Source: an uncultured Bifidobacteriaceae bacterium (GTDB taxonomy: Bacteria; Actinomycetota; Thermoleophilia; Miltoncostaeales; Miltoncostaeaceae). From it: a DNA stretch of 64,000 nucleotides. The position numbers and the translations under genes were made by a program. Below the pieces are notes generated by a model. That model saw only the letters and a list, made by a program, of their open reading frames with translations. It was not told where the DNA came from and ran no database searches. Location: positions 5,564 through 69,563 of the forward strand of contig CAYOSM010000001.1 in the NCBI GenBank assembly GCA_964406645.1, written 5' to 3'. Positions 27,901 through 36,990 of the stretch are shown one piece after another (position 1 is the stretch's first letter; each line of letters begins with the position of its first letter).

Positions 27901-30813
27901 GTGAGTATCGCGGCAGACAACGGACCGTTAGGGAAGCTCCGAGTCTTCGTCAGCTACGGCCATGATGAGCATTCCGAGCTCGCCGAGAAGCTGAGGCTCG
28001 ATCTTCTCGAACGCGGACATGAGGTCTGGTTCGATCAGACTGAGCTGACGGTGGGTGAGGACTGGGAGCTTCAGATCGAGACGGGCCTCGATTGGCTCGC
28101 CGAGAAACGCGATCGCGCGCGCATGATCGTGTTGATGACGCCGCATTCGGTCCGCCGACCGGATGGCTACTGTCTCAACGAGATCGCGCGGGCGGTCTCG
28201 CGTCGCATCGGCATCATCCCAGTGATGGTCGCGCAGTGCGAGCCGCCCTTGTCCATCTGCCGTATTCAGCATCTGGACATGTCGAGGTGCACTCCGGTGT
28301 CCGAGAAGGAGTCCGAGTACGCGGAGTCACTACGGGTGCTTCTCGGCGCGATCGAAGGGAAGGGGCCGGATGTTGAGGGATTCGCTGCACGGAAGGCGAC
28401 CGTACTCAACCCGATCGACTTCTCCGTCGAGCTGGCAGCCCACAAGGACTTCGTAGGACGCGGGTGGATCCTGAAGGAACTCGATTCGTGGATTAGGGAT
28501 CCAGACGGGAAGCCCGTGTTCACATTGGTCGCCCCACCGGGGTTCGGGAAATCGGCCCTGGCAGTCGAAGTGATACATCAGAGCGGGCACGTAACAGCGT
28601 TTCATATCTGTAACCACTCGAATCAGGAAAAGAATGACTCGAAGCGTCTCGTCATGTCGCTGGCGCATCAGATCTCGACCCAGATGCCGACCTATGACGC
28701 TGTGCTGAAGACGCTGGACCTCGACTACGTGGTCAACGAGTATGACGCAGCCACCCTCTTCGACGTTCTGCTTGCGACCCCGTGCGGGCAGATCCTGCCG
28801 CCCGGTCGGACGATGGTAATCGTGATCGACGGCCTGGACGAGGCGACGAAGGACGGCCGAAACCCCGTAGCCGAATTCGTCGCCGATCGCGCGGCGACGC
28901 TGCCCAATTGGATCCGGATTCTTGTGACGACGCGGCCGGAGCCTGAAGTGCTCGGTCCACTAGAGCCGCTGGGACTGCACCGAGTAGATCCACTCGACTT
29001 GGAGAATCGTGCGGATGTCCAGGACTACTTGAGGGCAAGAATCGGGGAGATCGATGCACCTGCGGCCGCGCATGAACACGCCGTCGATGTCGTCGCAGAA
29101 CGCTCGTCAGGCGTGATGCTCTATGCGCGCTCAGCATGCGAGATGCTGCACCGTGATGGCATCTCAGAAGAGAGCCTCAACGCGCTCCCGGACGGGCTTT
29201 CCTCTCTCTACTACCGCCAGTTCTCAGCACGGTTTCCCGATGTCGACCGCTACGGCTTCTCGGTCCGACCGATCCTCAGCTTGTTGATCGCGGCGTTTCA
29301 GCCGATCGGCTTTGACCTCCTGGCCGCGAGCCAGGGCACCTCTGAAGACGAACTCTGGCAGTCGATTCTCGGGCTTGGATCACTGGTGGTCGACAACGGT
29401 GACAGTGTCACCCTTCACCACAAGACACTGCGCGACTGGCTTTCAGACCGAAGAGCTGCCCATCGCTACTTCGTCTCGGAAGATGCCGGACACCGCTTGC
29501 TGGCATCGGCCACGGCGGAGTGGAAGAAGGTCCCACGCGAGGCTCGTCAGTATCTCTTCAAGTTCGGGCCTCGCCATCTGCTCCACGAACGTGACTGGGA
29601 CGGTTTGTTCCGGGTTATCCGGGAACCGCGGTTTGCCGAGGGGAGGATGCAGCTTCTCGACGACACCATTCGCGACCCGACCAAGACGGATCTGCTCTTA
29701 GACTTGGTCGAACACCTCGTGGATTCCGACGAATCGGGGCTGCTGGATGTCCTCATCGACCGTCTTCATGTCGCTGTCGAACTCGGGTTGTGGCATTCAG
29801 TGATGCCGATCGTCGATGAGGTCATGCTTGACCTGACGTCCGGTCAGCGGAACCGGATCGGGTTTCTTCGCGCCTGGTCGCTCCAAATGTCTGGGGATCT
29901 TGAGAGGGCTGTCGCCGCCTACGAAGACCTTGGAGACGACGTGGACGACCCAGACGGTCACATCGCGTTCAGGCGAGCTGACGCAGTACGCGAGGCCGGG
30001 AACTTCGACGAGGCATTTGAGACCTATCGGGATCTCCAATCACAGGCGGAGGCTCCGGTCCGCCTGCAAATCCTCTACGGGCAACAGTACGCAGACCTTC
30101 TGTATGTGCGCGGGCAGTACCAGGATGCGCTCGATGCTCTGAATACGGCCCTCGAGCGTGGGCACCGCGGGGCACCTGAGATGTTCGCTGAGGCACTCCG
30201 GATCCGTGGCCACATCCACCGCGTCATGCTGGATTCGCAGGAAGCTCTCGCTGACTACGCGGAAGCGCGCGAGATCTTTTCCGAGATCGGCCATCGTTCG
30301 GGAATCGCGCGCATCGAGACCAATCTCGCAGAGGTCTACGCTCTTACTGACCCCGATCGAGGAATCTGGCATGCCGAACAGGCCGCCCACCTGAACGGTG
30401 AGGTCGGCGCGAACCTAGAGGTCGGTAAGGCCATCCGAGCGAAGGGACTCGCCCTCGCCGCAAGAGGTTCCTATGGCGATTCGAGGAGCGTTCTTGATGT
30501 GGCTGAGAGTCGGCTTACCGAAGTCGGCTACGCCGCCGGAGTGTGTGAGACGCAAGCGAACAGAGTCGTCCTCCATGTGCTTGAGAAATCCATTGACGAC
30601 ACCCGGGATTTGATCGTCTCACTTGCTGGTCGGCTCAAGGCACTGAACGCTTATCCGTTGCTGGTTGTCCGTTCGTGCATTCTCCTTGGACGCCACGAAG
30701 CGCTCGATTCGACACTGGCGGCGATCGAGCGCACGTCGGCGGATGCCATTCAATGGCCGATCACTCGAGACGACTACGCGAATCGCCTCCTGGCGGGGCT
30801 AGGACTTTTGTGA
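27901..30813 (+). CDS. TIR-NACHT (STAND NTPase)-TPR protein (TIR-STAND 1)
   Basis: GTG start after GGGAGA. TIR-like LRVFVSYGHDEHSELAEKL...DWELQI...RMIVLMTPHSVRRPDGYCLNEIARA. Walker A VAPPGFGKSALA. NACHT-type Walker B MVIVIDGLDEA. TPR-like helical repeats in the last ~350 aa. Confidence 0.85.
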   Translation: MSIAADNGPLGKLRVFVSYGHDEHSELAEKLRLDLLERGHEVWFDQTELTVGEDWELQIETGLDWLAEKRDRARMIVLMTPHSVRRPDGYCLNEIARAVSRRIGIIPVMVAQCEPPLSICRIQHLDMSRCTPVSEKESEYAESLRVLLGAIEGKGPDVEGFAARKATVLNPIDFSVELAAHKDFVGRGWILKELDSWIRDPDGKPVFTLVAPPGFGKSALAVEVIHQSGHVTAFHICNHSNQEKNDSKRLVMSLAHQISTQMPTYDAVLKTLDLDYVVNEYDAATLFDVLLATPCGQILPPGRTMVIVIDGLDEATKDGRNPVAEFVADRAATLPNWIRILVTTRPEPEVLGPLEPLGLHRVDPLDLENRADVQDYLRARIGEIDAPAAAHEHAVDVVAERSSGVMLYARSACEMLHRDGISEESLNALPDGLSSLYYRQFSARFPDVDRYGFSVRPILSLLIAAFQPIGFDLLAASQGTSEDELWQSILGLGSLVVDNGDSVTLHHKTLRDWLSDRRAAHRYFVSEDAGHRLLASATAEWKKVPREARQYLFKFGPRHLLHERDWDGLFRVIREPRFAEGRMQLLDDTIRDPTKTDLLLDLVEHLVDSDESGLLDVLIDRLHVAVELGLWHSVMPIVDEVMLDLTSGQRNRIGFLRAWSLQMSGDLERAVAAYEDLGDDVDDPDGHIAFRRADAVREAGNFDEAFETYRDLQSQAEAPVRLQILYGQQYADLLYVRGQYQDALDALNTALERGHRGAPEMFAEALRIRGHIHRVMLDSQEALADYAEAREIFSEIGHRSGIARIETNLAEVYALTDPDRGIWHAEQAAHLNGEVGANLEVGKAIRAKGLALAARGSYGDSRSVLDVAESRLTEVGYAAGVCETQANRVVLHVLEKSIDDTRDLIVSLAGRLKALNAYPLLVVRSCILLGRHEALDSTLAAIERTSADAIQWPITRDDYANRLLAGLGLL

Positions 30814-31775
30814 ACAACGGCCCACGGACGATTGCGCTCGTCGGTCTCGGTGCCATTTCCACTACCCATGTCGCGGCGCTGAAACTCCTACCGGATGAGT
30901 TTCACCTTGTAGCGGCTTGTGATCCCGATGTGTCGAAGCACGATCACTTAGGTTGTCGGACGTTCGCCTCCATGGAAGCGATGGCCCGCGAAACGAGACC
31001 CGACGCGATCGTCGTGGCCACGCCACCCGGCACCCACTACAAGCTAGCGCGAGAAGCGCTCGGACTCGGCGCACATGTCCTGATCGAGAAACCGGCGACT
31101 CCCACACTGGACGAGTTCGACGATCTGTGTCGAGAAGCTGACAAAGCGGACAGGGTGCTCTACTCGGCGCTACATTTCAGTTTCGGGCGTGAACTCCTTT
31201 GGTTCGTCAACCACCGTGCTTCGATCGACTCCTCATGGGGGACCGTAACCGACATCGAGTGCGGATTCTTCGATCCATACATCGAGGAGGGCGAGGTCGT
31301 CCCCCGCGCAAGGGGCTTGGAAGGCAGCTGGTCTGATAGCGGGCCGAACGCGTTGAGCGTAGTGGCAGCGTTCTGTGACCATCTGAGCATGGTCGAGTGC
31401 AGTACCGAGCGGATTGACGGCTATCCGTTGGATGTTGCGGCGAGGAGCAGAGTCTCTTTTCGAGATCGTCGAACGGGCGCACCCGGTGAGGCCCACATCG
31501 TGACCGACTGGAGGCGGGGAATCAGCCGAAAGTCCACGACACTGCACTACACGGAGTCCCGCGAACGGATCGAACTTGATCACAGTATTGAACGCGTCAT
31601 CTCTCATGCCCCGGACGGAGCTACGCGAATCCTGTTTGAGTCCGACTGCCCGAACCACCACATGCTGGCGCACTACGAAGGGGTGTATAAGGATTTCGCT
31701 CGCTTCCTCCACCGTGGGCAGGACAATAGGGTGCTCGGCCGCGCGGTGGTTGATGCGACTCAGCTGTCGCGGTAG
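30810..31775 (+). CDS. Gfo/Idh/MocA-family NAD(P)-dependent oxidoreductase
   Basis: GTG at 30810 overlaps the TIR-NACHT stop (GTGA). Rossmann start IALVGLGAISTTHVAAL, then DAIVVATPPGTHYKLAREALGLGAHVLIEKP (EKP motif). The part of the track ORF before 30810 lies inside the upstream gene. Confidence 0.8.
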   Translation: MNNGPRTIALVGLGAISTTHVAALKLLPDEFHLVAACDPDVSKHDHLGCRTFASMEAMARETRPDAIVVATPPGTHYKLAREALGLGAHVLIEKPATPTLDEFDDLCREADKADRVLYSALHFSFGRELLWFVNHRASIDSSWGTVTDIECGFFDPYIEEGEVVPRARGLEGSWSDSGPNALSVVAAFCDHLSMVECSTERIDGYPLDVAARSRVSFRDRRTGAPGEAHIVTDWRRGISRKSTTLHYTESRERIELDHSIERVISHAPDGATRILFESDCPNHHMLAHYEGVYKDFARFLHRGQDNRVLGRAVVDATQLSR

Positions 31776-31993
31776 TTAGTCGCCCCGCGACGAGTAGACC
31801 GGGCATTTTCTCGGCTCGTTGAGTCACCCGTGTGGCTTCTATCAGCTACGGGTGCGATGAGATGAAGCTCCAGCAAGAAGTCCGGGCGATCGGTCCCAGC
31901 TACGGTCGTGGCTAGAGAGGTGCGCCGCTGAGACGACGTAGGCTTGCCGCCGGGCGCCAAGACCCGAGCTACGACCGAGGGAGAGGTTGCCAG

Positions 31994-34900
31994 GTGTTCG
32001 ACATCTTCATCAGTTACGCACGCCACGATGACAGCGACGGCTGGGTCACCGGTCTGCGAGATGTGATTGTCGCGGATTTCCAGCGGTTTGAGCGGACGCC
32101 ACGGATCTTCTTGGACCGCGAGGACATCCGTGACATGGACGATTGGCGGCACCGAATTCTGGTTGGCTTACGCGAATCACGGGTACTTTTGGTGTGTCTG
32201 TCGCCCGCGTACCTGAAGAGCGAGTACTGCCGGTGGGAGTGGCAGGAGTACGCGCGCCGACAGGCCCGGCTGGCGGGCGGAGGAGACACGGTCGCCGGGA
32301 TCTACTGCGTCGAGATGAACGATCCGGACACCGACGACGTCACCCAGTGGCGACGCGAAGTCGAAACCATCCAGATGACCGACGTGCGCCCCTGGTTCCC
32401 ACAGGGACGATCCGTGCTGGAACAGGACGCCGTCAAGGAGCGACTGTCGGCACTCGGCGAGAGCCTGTCGAAACGTCTGCAGCGCGCTCGGCTGGCACAG
32501 GATTCGCCGGGCAACCTGCAGCGATTCGATCCGTACTTCGTGGGCCGCAAACGCGAGCTGCACGCGCTGCGCGACAGCCTCAGCGCCGGCCGAGTCGGCA
32601 CCGTCACCGCGCTCAGCGGCCTCGGCGGCATGGGCAAGACCGAACTCGCCGTCATCTACGCACACGGCTACCGACACGCCTACCCCGGCGGCACCTGGCA
32701 GATCGGATGCGAGGGTGCAGCCGACCTGGTCGATGTGATCGCAAGCCTCGCCTTCGAACTCAACATCAACGCACCCGACGGAACCCCAACCGACGCCCGC
32801 GCACGCATGGTACTGAGTCGCCTCAGAGAACTCGCACACACACCACGCGAGGACACCCCGGACGACAGCCCGGAACCGGCGACACTTCTCTTGCTGGACA
32901 ACGTCTCGAAACAGAGCCTGTTCTCACCGGAGAGCCTGCGGATCCTGCCAGAGGAGTCCTGGCTACACGTCATTGCAACCACCCGGCTGGGTGAAACCGA
33001 CGTGCAGGCCGTCGGTGCGAAACCCTACGTCAATCTGCTGACGATCACGGCTCTCGACGCCGGTGACGCACTGGAAGTGATTCGCGATCACCAGGAACCC
33101 CGCGACACCGACCGGCTGCACCCCGACTTCGTCGATGCGGACGCCGAGCAGGAAGCAGGGGAGTTGGTCAACGTACTGCAGGGCTTCACGATGGCAGTCA
33201 AACAGGCAGCCGTGTACCTCGGTGCCAACCCCGACCTACGCCCCAGTGATCTCCTCAACACCTTGCACGACCACAGTGTCACCCATCTGGACGACCTGAC
33301 GTCGGAAACCCAGCGGCGCTCGGTGGGAGTGATCCTCGACCAAACCCTCGCCCAACTCACCCCGCGCTGCCTCGAAGCCCTCCAACTCGCCGCCCTCATG
33401 CCACCCGACCACATCGTCTGGCAATGGCTCGAAGAGTTCACCGCACACCTCGACGAAAACCACCCCGACGGCGAACGCTGGCCCGTCGTCCAACGCACAC
33501 TCCTAGGACGCCACCTCATCACCCCCGGCGACACGCTCGAGACGGCCCGCATCCACCGTCTCATCGCCGCCCATATCACCAACAACCTCAGCCCGCCTCA
33601 GGCCGCCGACATCACCGAACGATTCGACGCCTGGGTCGTCGAAGCCGCTGATATCTGCAGTGTCCAGGGCACCCGCCTGACACAGGCGTTCGTGGAACTC
33701 CTCATTCACCGCACCCCCCACAACACGGAGCTCACGCACCAGGCCGTCTACTACGCGCAGACCCTTTCCAGCCTCATCGACCTCGACCACCAAACGCGTC
33801 TGGCAGACACCCTCCACCACCAGCTACGCGGCCTCGCCACCCGCGACGACACCAACACACAGTGGCTCCGGGACCTCGCCGTCAGCCTCAACAACGTAGG
33901 AGACATCGCCACAGCTCAAGGAGAACTGGACAGTGCACACGACGCCTACCAAGAGTCCCTCGACACCATGCGCGAACTCGTCACCCGCGACCCCACCAAC
34001 ACCACCCGGCTCCACGATCTCGCCCGCAGCCTCCTCAACGTCGGAGACGTCACCCGAGCACGCGGCGACCTCGACACCGCCCACACAACGTTCCAAGAGT
34101 CCCTCAACACCATGCGCGACCTCGTCACCCGCGACCCCACCAACACCCAGTGGCTCCGCGACCTCACCATCAGCCTGGACAGAGTCGGAGACGTCACCCG
34201 AGCACGCGGCGACCTCGACACCGCCCACACAACGTTCCAAGAGTCCCTCGACATCCGGCGCGACCTCGTCACTCGCGACCCCACCAACACCACCTGGCTC
34301 CACGGCCTCTCTATCAGCCTCGGAAAGGTCGGTGACATCGCGCACGAACGTGGCGACCTCGACACCACCCAAGACGCCTACAGAGAGTTCCTCAACATCA
34401 TGCGCGAACTCGTCACCCGTGATCGCACCAACACACAGTGGCTTCGCGACCTCACCGTCAGCCTCAACAACGTCGGAGACGTCACCCGAGCACACGGCGA
34501 CCTCGACACCGCCCAATCCATGCACGAAGAATCCCTCAACACCCGGCGCGACCTCGTCACCCGCGACCCCACCAACACAGAATGGCTCCGCGACCTCACC
34601 ATCAGCCTGGACAGAGTCGGAGACGTCACCCGAGCACGCGGCGACCTCGACACCGCCCACACAATGTTCCAAGAATCCCTCGACATCCGGCGCGACCTCG
34701 TTACCCACGACCGCACCAACACCCAGTGGCTCCGCGACCTCACCATTAGCCTCGAGAGGGTAGGAGACGTCACCCGAGCATGCGGCGACCTCGACACCGC
34801 CCAATCCATGTACGAGAAATCCCTGGACATCATGCGCGACCTCGTCACCCGCGACCCCACCAACACGGAATGGCTCGGAGATCTCACCATCAGCCTTAAC

Positions 34901-35185
34901 AACGCCGCCGATATCGCCCTAGCTCGAGGAGACCTCGACACCGCCCAAGACGCCTACCAAGAGTCCCTCGGCATCTTGCGCGACCTCGTCACCCGTGACG
35001 ACACGAACACCAACTGGCTCCACGATCTTGCGTTCAACCTCGGCCGAGTCTGGAACGTCCACCACGAGAACGCACTCCTCGCAGAGGCCCGCACAATCCT
35101 CACGGAGCTTGGCGAGCGGGGCCTATTGTCGCCCGACGGCGTCGAAGTCCTCGCACAGATCAATACCATCCTCGACGCCGACTGA
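31994..35185 (+). CDS. TIR-NB-ARC-like (STAND)-tandem helical repeat protein (TIR-STAND 2)
   Basis: GTG start after GGGAGAGG. TIR-like FDIFISYARHDDSDGW...VLLVCLSPAYLKSEYCRWEWQEY. FVGRKRELHAL; Walker A GLGGMGKTELA; Walker B TLLLLDNV. C-terminal 8.5 copies of a 48-aa repeat. Confidence 0.88.
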   Translation: MFDIFISYARHDDSDGWVTGLRDVIVADFQRFERTPRIFLDREDIRDMDDWRHRILVGLRESRVLLVCLSPAYLKSEYCRWEWQEYARRQARLAGGGDTVAGIYCVEMNDPDTDDVTQWRREVETIQMTDVRPWFPQGRSVLEQDAVKERLSALGESLSKRLQRARLAQDSPGNLQRFDPYFVGRKRELHALRDSLSAGRVGTVTALSGLGGMGKTELAVIYAHGYRHAYPGGTWQIGCEGAADLVDVIASLAFELNINAPDGTPTDARARMVLSRLRELAHTPREDTPDDSPEPATLLLLDNVSKQSLFSPESLRILPEESWLHVIATTRLGETDVQAVGAKPYVNLLTITALDAGDALEVIRDHQEPRDTDRLHPDFVDADAEQEAGELVNVLQGFTMAVKQAAVYLGANPDLRPSDLLNTLHDHSVTHLDDLTSETQRRSVGVILDQTLAQLTPRCLEALQLAALMPPDHIVWQWLEEFTAHLDENHPDGERWPVVQRTLLGRHLITPGDTLETARIHRLIAAHITNNLSPPQAADITERFDAWVVEAADICSVQGTRLTQAFVELLIHRTPHNTELTHQAVYYAQTLSSLIDLDHQTRLADTLHHQLRGLATRDDTNTQWLRDLAVSLNNVGDIATAQGELDSAHDAYQESLDTMRELVTRDPTNTTRLHDLARSLLNVGDVTRARGDLDTAHTTFQESLNTMRDLVTRDPTNTQWLRDLTISLDRVGDVTRARGDLDTAHTTFQESLDIRRDLVTRDPTNTTWLHGLSISLGKVGDIAHERGDLDTTQDAYREFLNIMRELVTRDRTNTQWLRDLTVSLNNVGDVTRAHGDLDTAQSMHEESLNTRRDLVTRDPTNTEWLRDLTISLDRVGDVTRARGDLDTAHTMFQESLDIRRDLVTHDRTNTQWLRDLTISLERVGDVTRACGDLDTAQSMYEKSLDIMRDLVTRDPTNTEWLGDLTISLNNAADIALARGDLDTAQDAYQESLGILRDLVTRDDTNTNWLHDLAFNLGRVWNVHHENALLAEARTILTELGERGLLSPDGVEVLAQINTILDAD
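33851..35070 (+). repeat. In-frame 144-bp tandem repeat array (8 full + 1 partial units) encoding TNTxWLRDLxxSLxxVGDVxRAxGDLDTAxxxxxESLxxxRDLVTRDP
   Basis: The same motif recurs at 33991 and 34135 (144-bp offset) and onward. Several 35-40-nt stretches are identical or nearly identical between units (e.g. gacctcgacaccgcccacacaa[c/t]gttccaaga[g/a]tccctc at ~34070, ~34210, ~34640). This produces the pile of shadow ORFs in all frames. Confidence 0.9.
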
Positions 35186-35193
35186 CGCGGCCG

Positions 35194-36636
35194 TCACCCC
35201 GCGCGCAGGGCTCCGACGTCGAAGGTCGTCAGTAGGTGCCGGGCCGCCGTGTGCTGGCGCTTGAAGGGTCGCACCGTCACGACGATACCGTTGGTCGGGT
35301 TGGCACCCCGCACCGCATCGACGACCACACCTTTCCCCTCTAACAGTTCCTCGAACGCGGCGGTGATCTGCTTCACCGATGTCGATGTCTTCGCGATGGT
35401 CACCACCAGGACGTAGCGATGGTCGTAGATCCGCACCTGAACCCCGGAGCGCACGAACTCCGCGTAGAGATCCACCAGCCCTGACTCTTCGTACACCCGG
35501 ACCGATGTCGGCACCGACGGTGTCGACCGCGGCCGAACGCCCGGAGGCCGCACAAGGCGCTCGAGCACCACGGGCAGAGGATCGCGCTCGAGATCCTCCG
35601 CGTCCACGACCTGGATCCCGTACTCCCAGCACAGACTGCGGAACTCCTGCGCGATCCGCTGAAGAGGACGAAGCAGGATGTACTGATCTCCTCCATCGCC
35701 GAGCTGCCGACGCGTGGCATACGCCTCCCGGATCTGAGTGCTCAGCGGAAGTGCCCGCTCCTCGTCCATCAGTTTGCAGTCGATGACGTGGAGCCGGCCT
35801 CGTGAGTTGACCACGACATCGACCTCCTGCACGCGGAGTATCCCGTCGTAGAGAACCGCGCTCACCGCGACGTCGTCGGCCGCCACCCCCATACCGCGCA
35901 TCAGCGCCATGACGAACTGCTCGAAGACATGTCCCCCCTGGATCCGGTCCTTGGTGTCCTCGACCGCTTGCGTGAAGTGCGTGTACCAGCTCGGCGGATC
36001 GGCGAGCGCCTGAGCGGCGGCAGCCTCGACCTCGGGGTCGATCTCCGTGTGCTGCGCCCGCACCGTCCGTTCCTCATCGGCCCAGGTGACGTTCAGCAAC
36101 GACGCGACCGAGAACCGCTCGATCGCACGGTCGTCGTAGCCGGCCAGTTCACGGATGGCCCCGCCCGACAACAGCTCGTACCATGGCGGCCCTTCCGCAT
36201 CGCAATAGACGACCCGTACGCGCTCCGACCGGTCCGCGAGGCGGGCCGCACCCGCGAACATCAGCCGCGTGCCACCGGAGGCGACGACCAGCCAGTCGCG
36301 CTCGGCGGCCGACGCGTTGATCGGATCGACGACAGCGGCCACGACCGCAGGAGGATCGTCATCGGGAATCGGCTCGTGCCGATGCACGGCGATCCCAGGA
36401 AAACTGTCGGTGATGAAGGCCTCGAGACGGTCCTCGGGGCCACCGGGCTCGTTGTCGCCGTACGCCGTGATCAGGTGCACATCACGGACCCCCTCACCCC
36501 ACTGGGCCAACGCGTCCAATTGACGCCACAGCCCTTCACTCGCAAACATCACCATGCCATCAGGCTGGCCCAGTTGATCCATGCTTTCCGTCTCCATGTC
36601 GGTAACCGCGCCAAGACGCCGTTGACCTCGGGCCAA
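35194..36636 (-). CDS. Card1/Can2-like CARF + PD-(D/E)xK (DUF1887-type) nuclease with extra C-terminal domain
   Basis: The N-terminal Rossmann-like block ends in WLVVASGGTRLMFAGA (CARF GGT[KR] loop). Nuclease block GHVFEQFVMALMRGMG...VQEVDVVVNSRGRLHVIDCKL...QLGDGGDQYILL...YGIQVVD. ~110 unassigned aa follow. The start is uncertain (M1, M14 or M19). Confidence 0.7.
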   Translation of the reverse strand: MARGQRRLGAVTDMETESMDQLGQPDGMVMFASEGLWRQLDALAQWGEGVRDVHLITAYGDNEPGGPEDRLEAFITDSFPGIAVHRHEPIPDDDPPAVVAAVVDPINASAAERDWLVVASGGTRLMFAGAARLADRSERVRVVYCDAEGPPWYELLSGGAIRELAGYDDRAIERFSVASLLNVTWADEERTVRAQHTEIDPEVEAAAAQALADPPSWYTHFTQAVEDTKDRIQGGHVFEQFVMALMRGMGVAADDVAVSAVLYDGILRVQEVDVVVNSRGRLHVIDCKLMDEERALPLSTQIREAYATRRQLGDGGDQYILLRPLQRIAQEFRSLCWEYGIQVVDAEDLERDPLPVVLERLVRPPGVRPRSTPSVPTSVRVYEESGLVDLYAEFVRSGVQVRIYDHRYVLVVTIAKTSTSVKQITAAFEELLEGKGVVVDAVRGANPTNGIVVTVRPFKRQHTAARHLLTTFDVGALRAG

Positions 36637-36696
36637 GATTACTCGGGCGCTGCTCTGGGCCGCGCACTCAGCAGCATGTCCCCTGACGTAGGCGAA

Positions 36697-36715
36697 GGCA
36701 TGACGGCGTCATGCC
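36697..36715. other. Short hairpin GGCATGAC-ggc-GTCATGCC in the spacer between the SLOG-RyR gene and the CARF-nuclease gene
   Basis: 8-bp perfect stem read from the sequence; located in the 354-nt minus-strand intergenic spacer. Confidence 0.3.
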
Positions 36716-36990
36716 CATCCCCCCACAAGAGCGGACGGTATCCAACTCCGTGGTCCTGTCGATGTGCATTTGACGACGACCGGTGCAATACCCGATGTCC
36801 CGAGGGTTTCATCTCGATCCAGAGCGTGTCTCGTCGGGTTATCCAGACCGGACGCATCGGAGCACACGAGGCCCGACACGGGCGCGTTGGCAAGACCTTT
36901 CGAGGCAAAGCTAAACACACTCATAGGCATCATCACGCGATCATCCTGGGAGTGAGCACCGCGTACAGGACGAATCCGAAGAACGCACGC

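Noticed and set aside
30675-30809. Upstream 45 codons of the oxidoreductase track ORF
   Set aside because: This stretch lies inside the TIR-NACHT coding region. The Rossmann fingerprint begins just after the GTG at 30810.
33824-34941. Stack of 100-330-aa ORFs in all six frames over the 144-bp repeat region; possible CRISPR-like array
   Set aside because: The periodicity is an in-frame 48-aa protein repeat of TIR-STAND 2. There are no unique spacers between units and the units are 144 bp. This is neither a CRISPR array nor separate genes.
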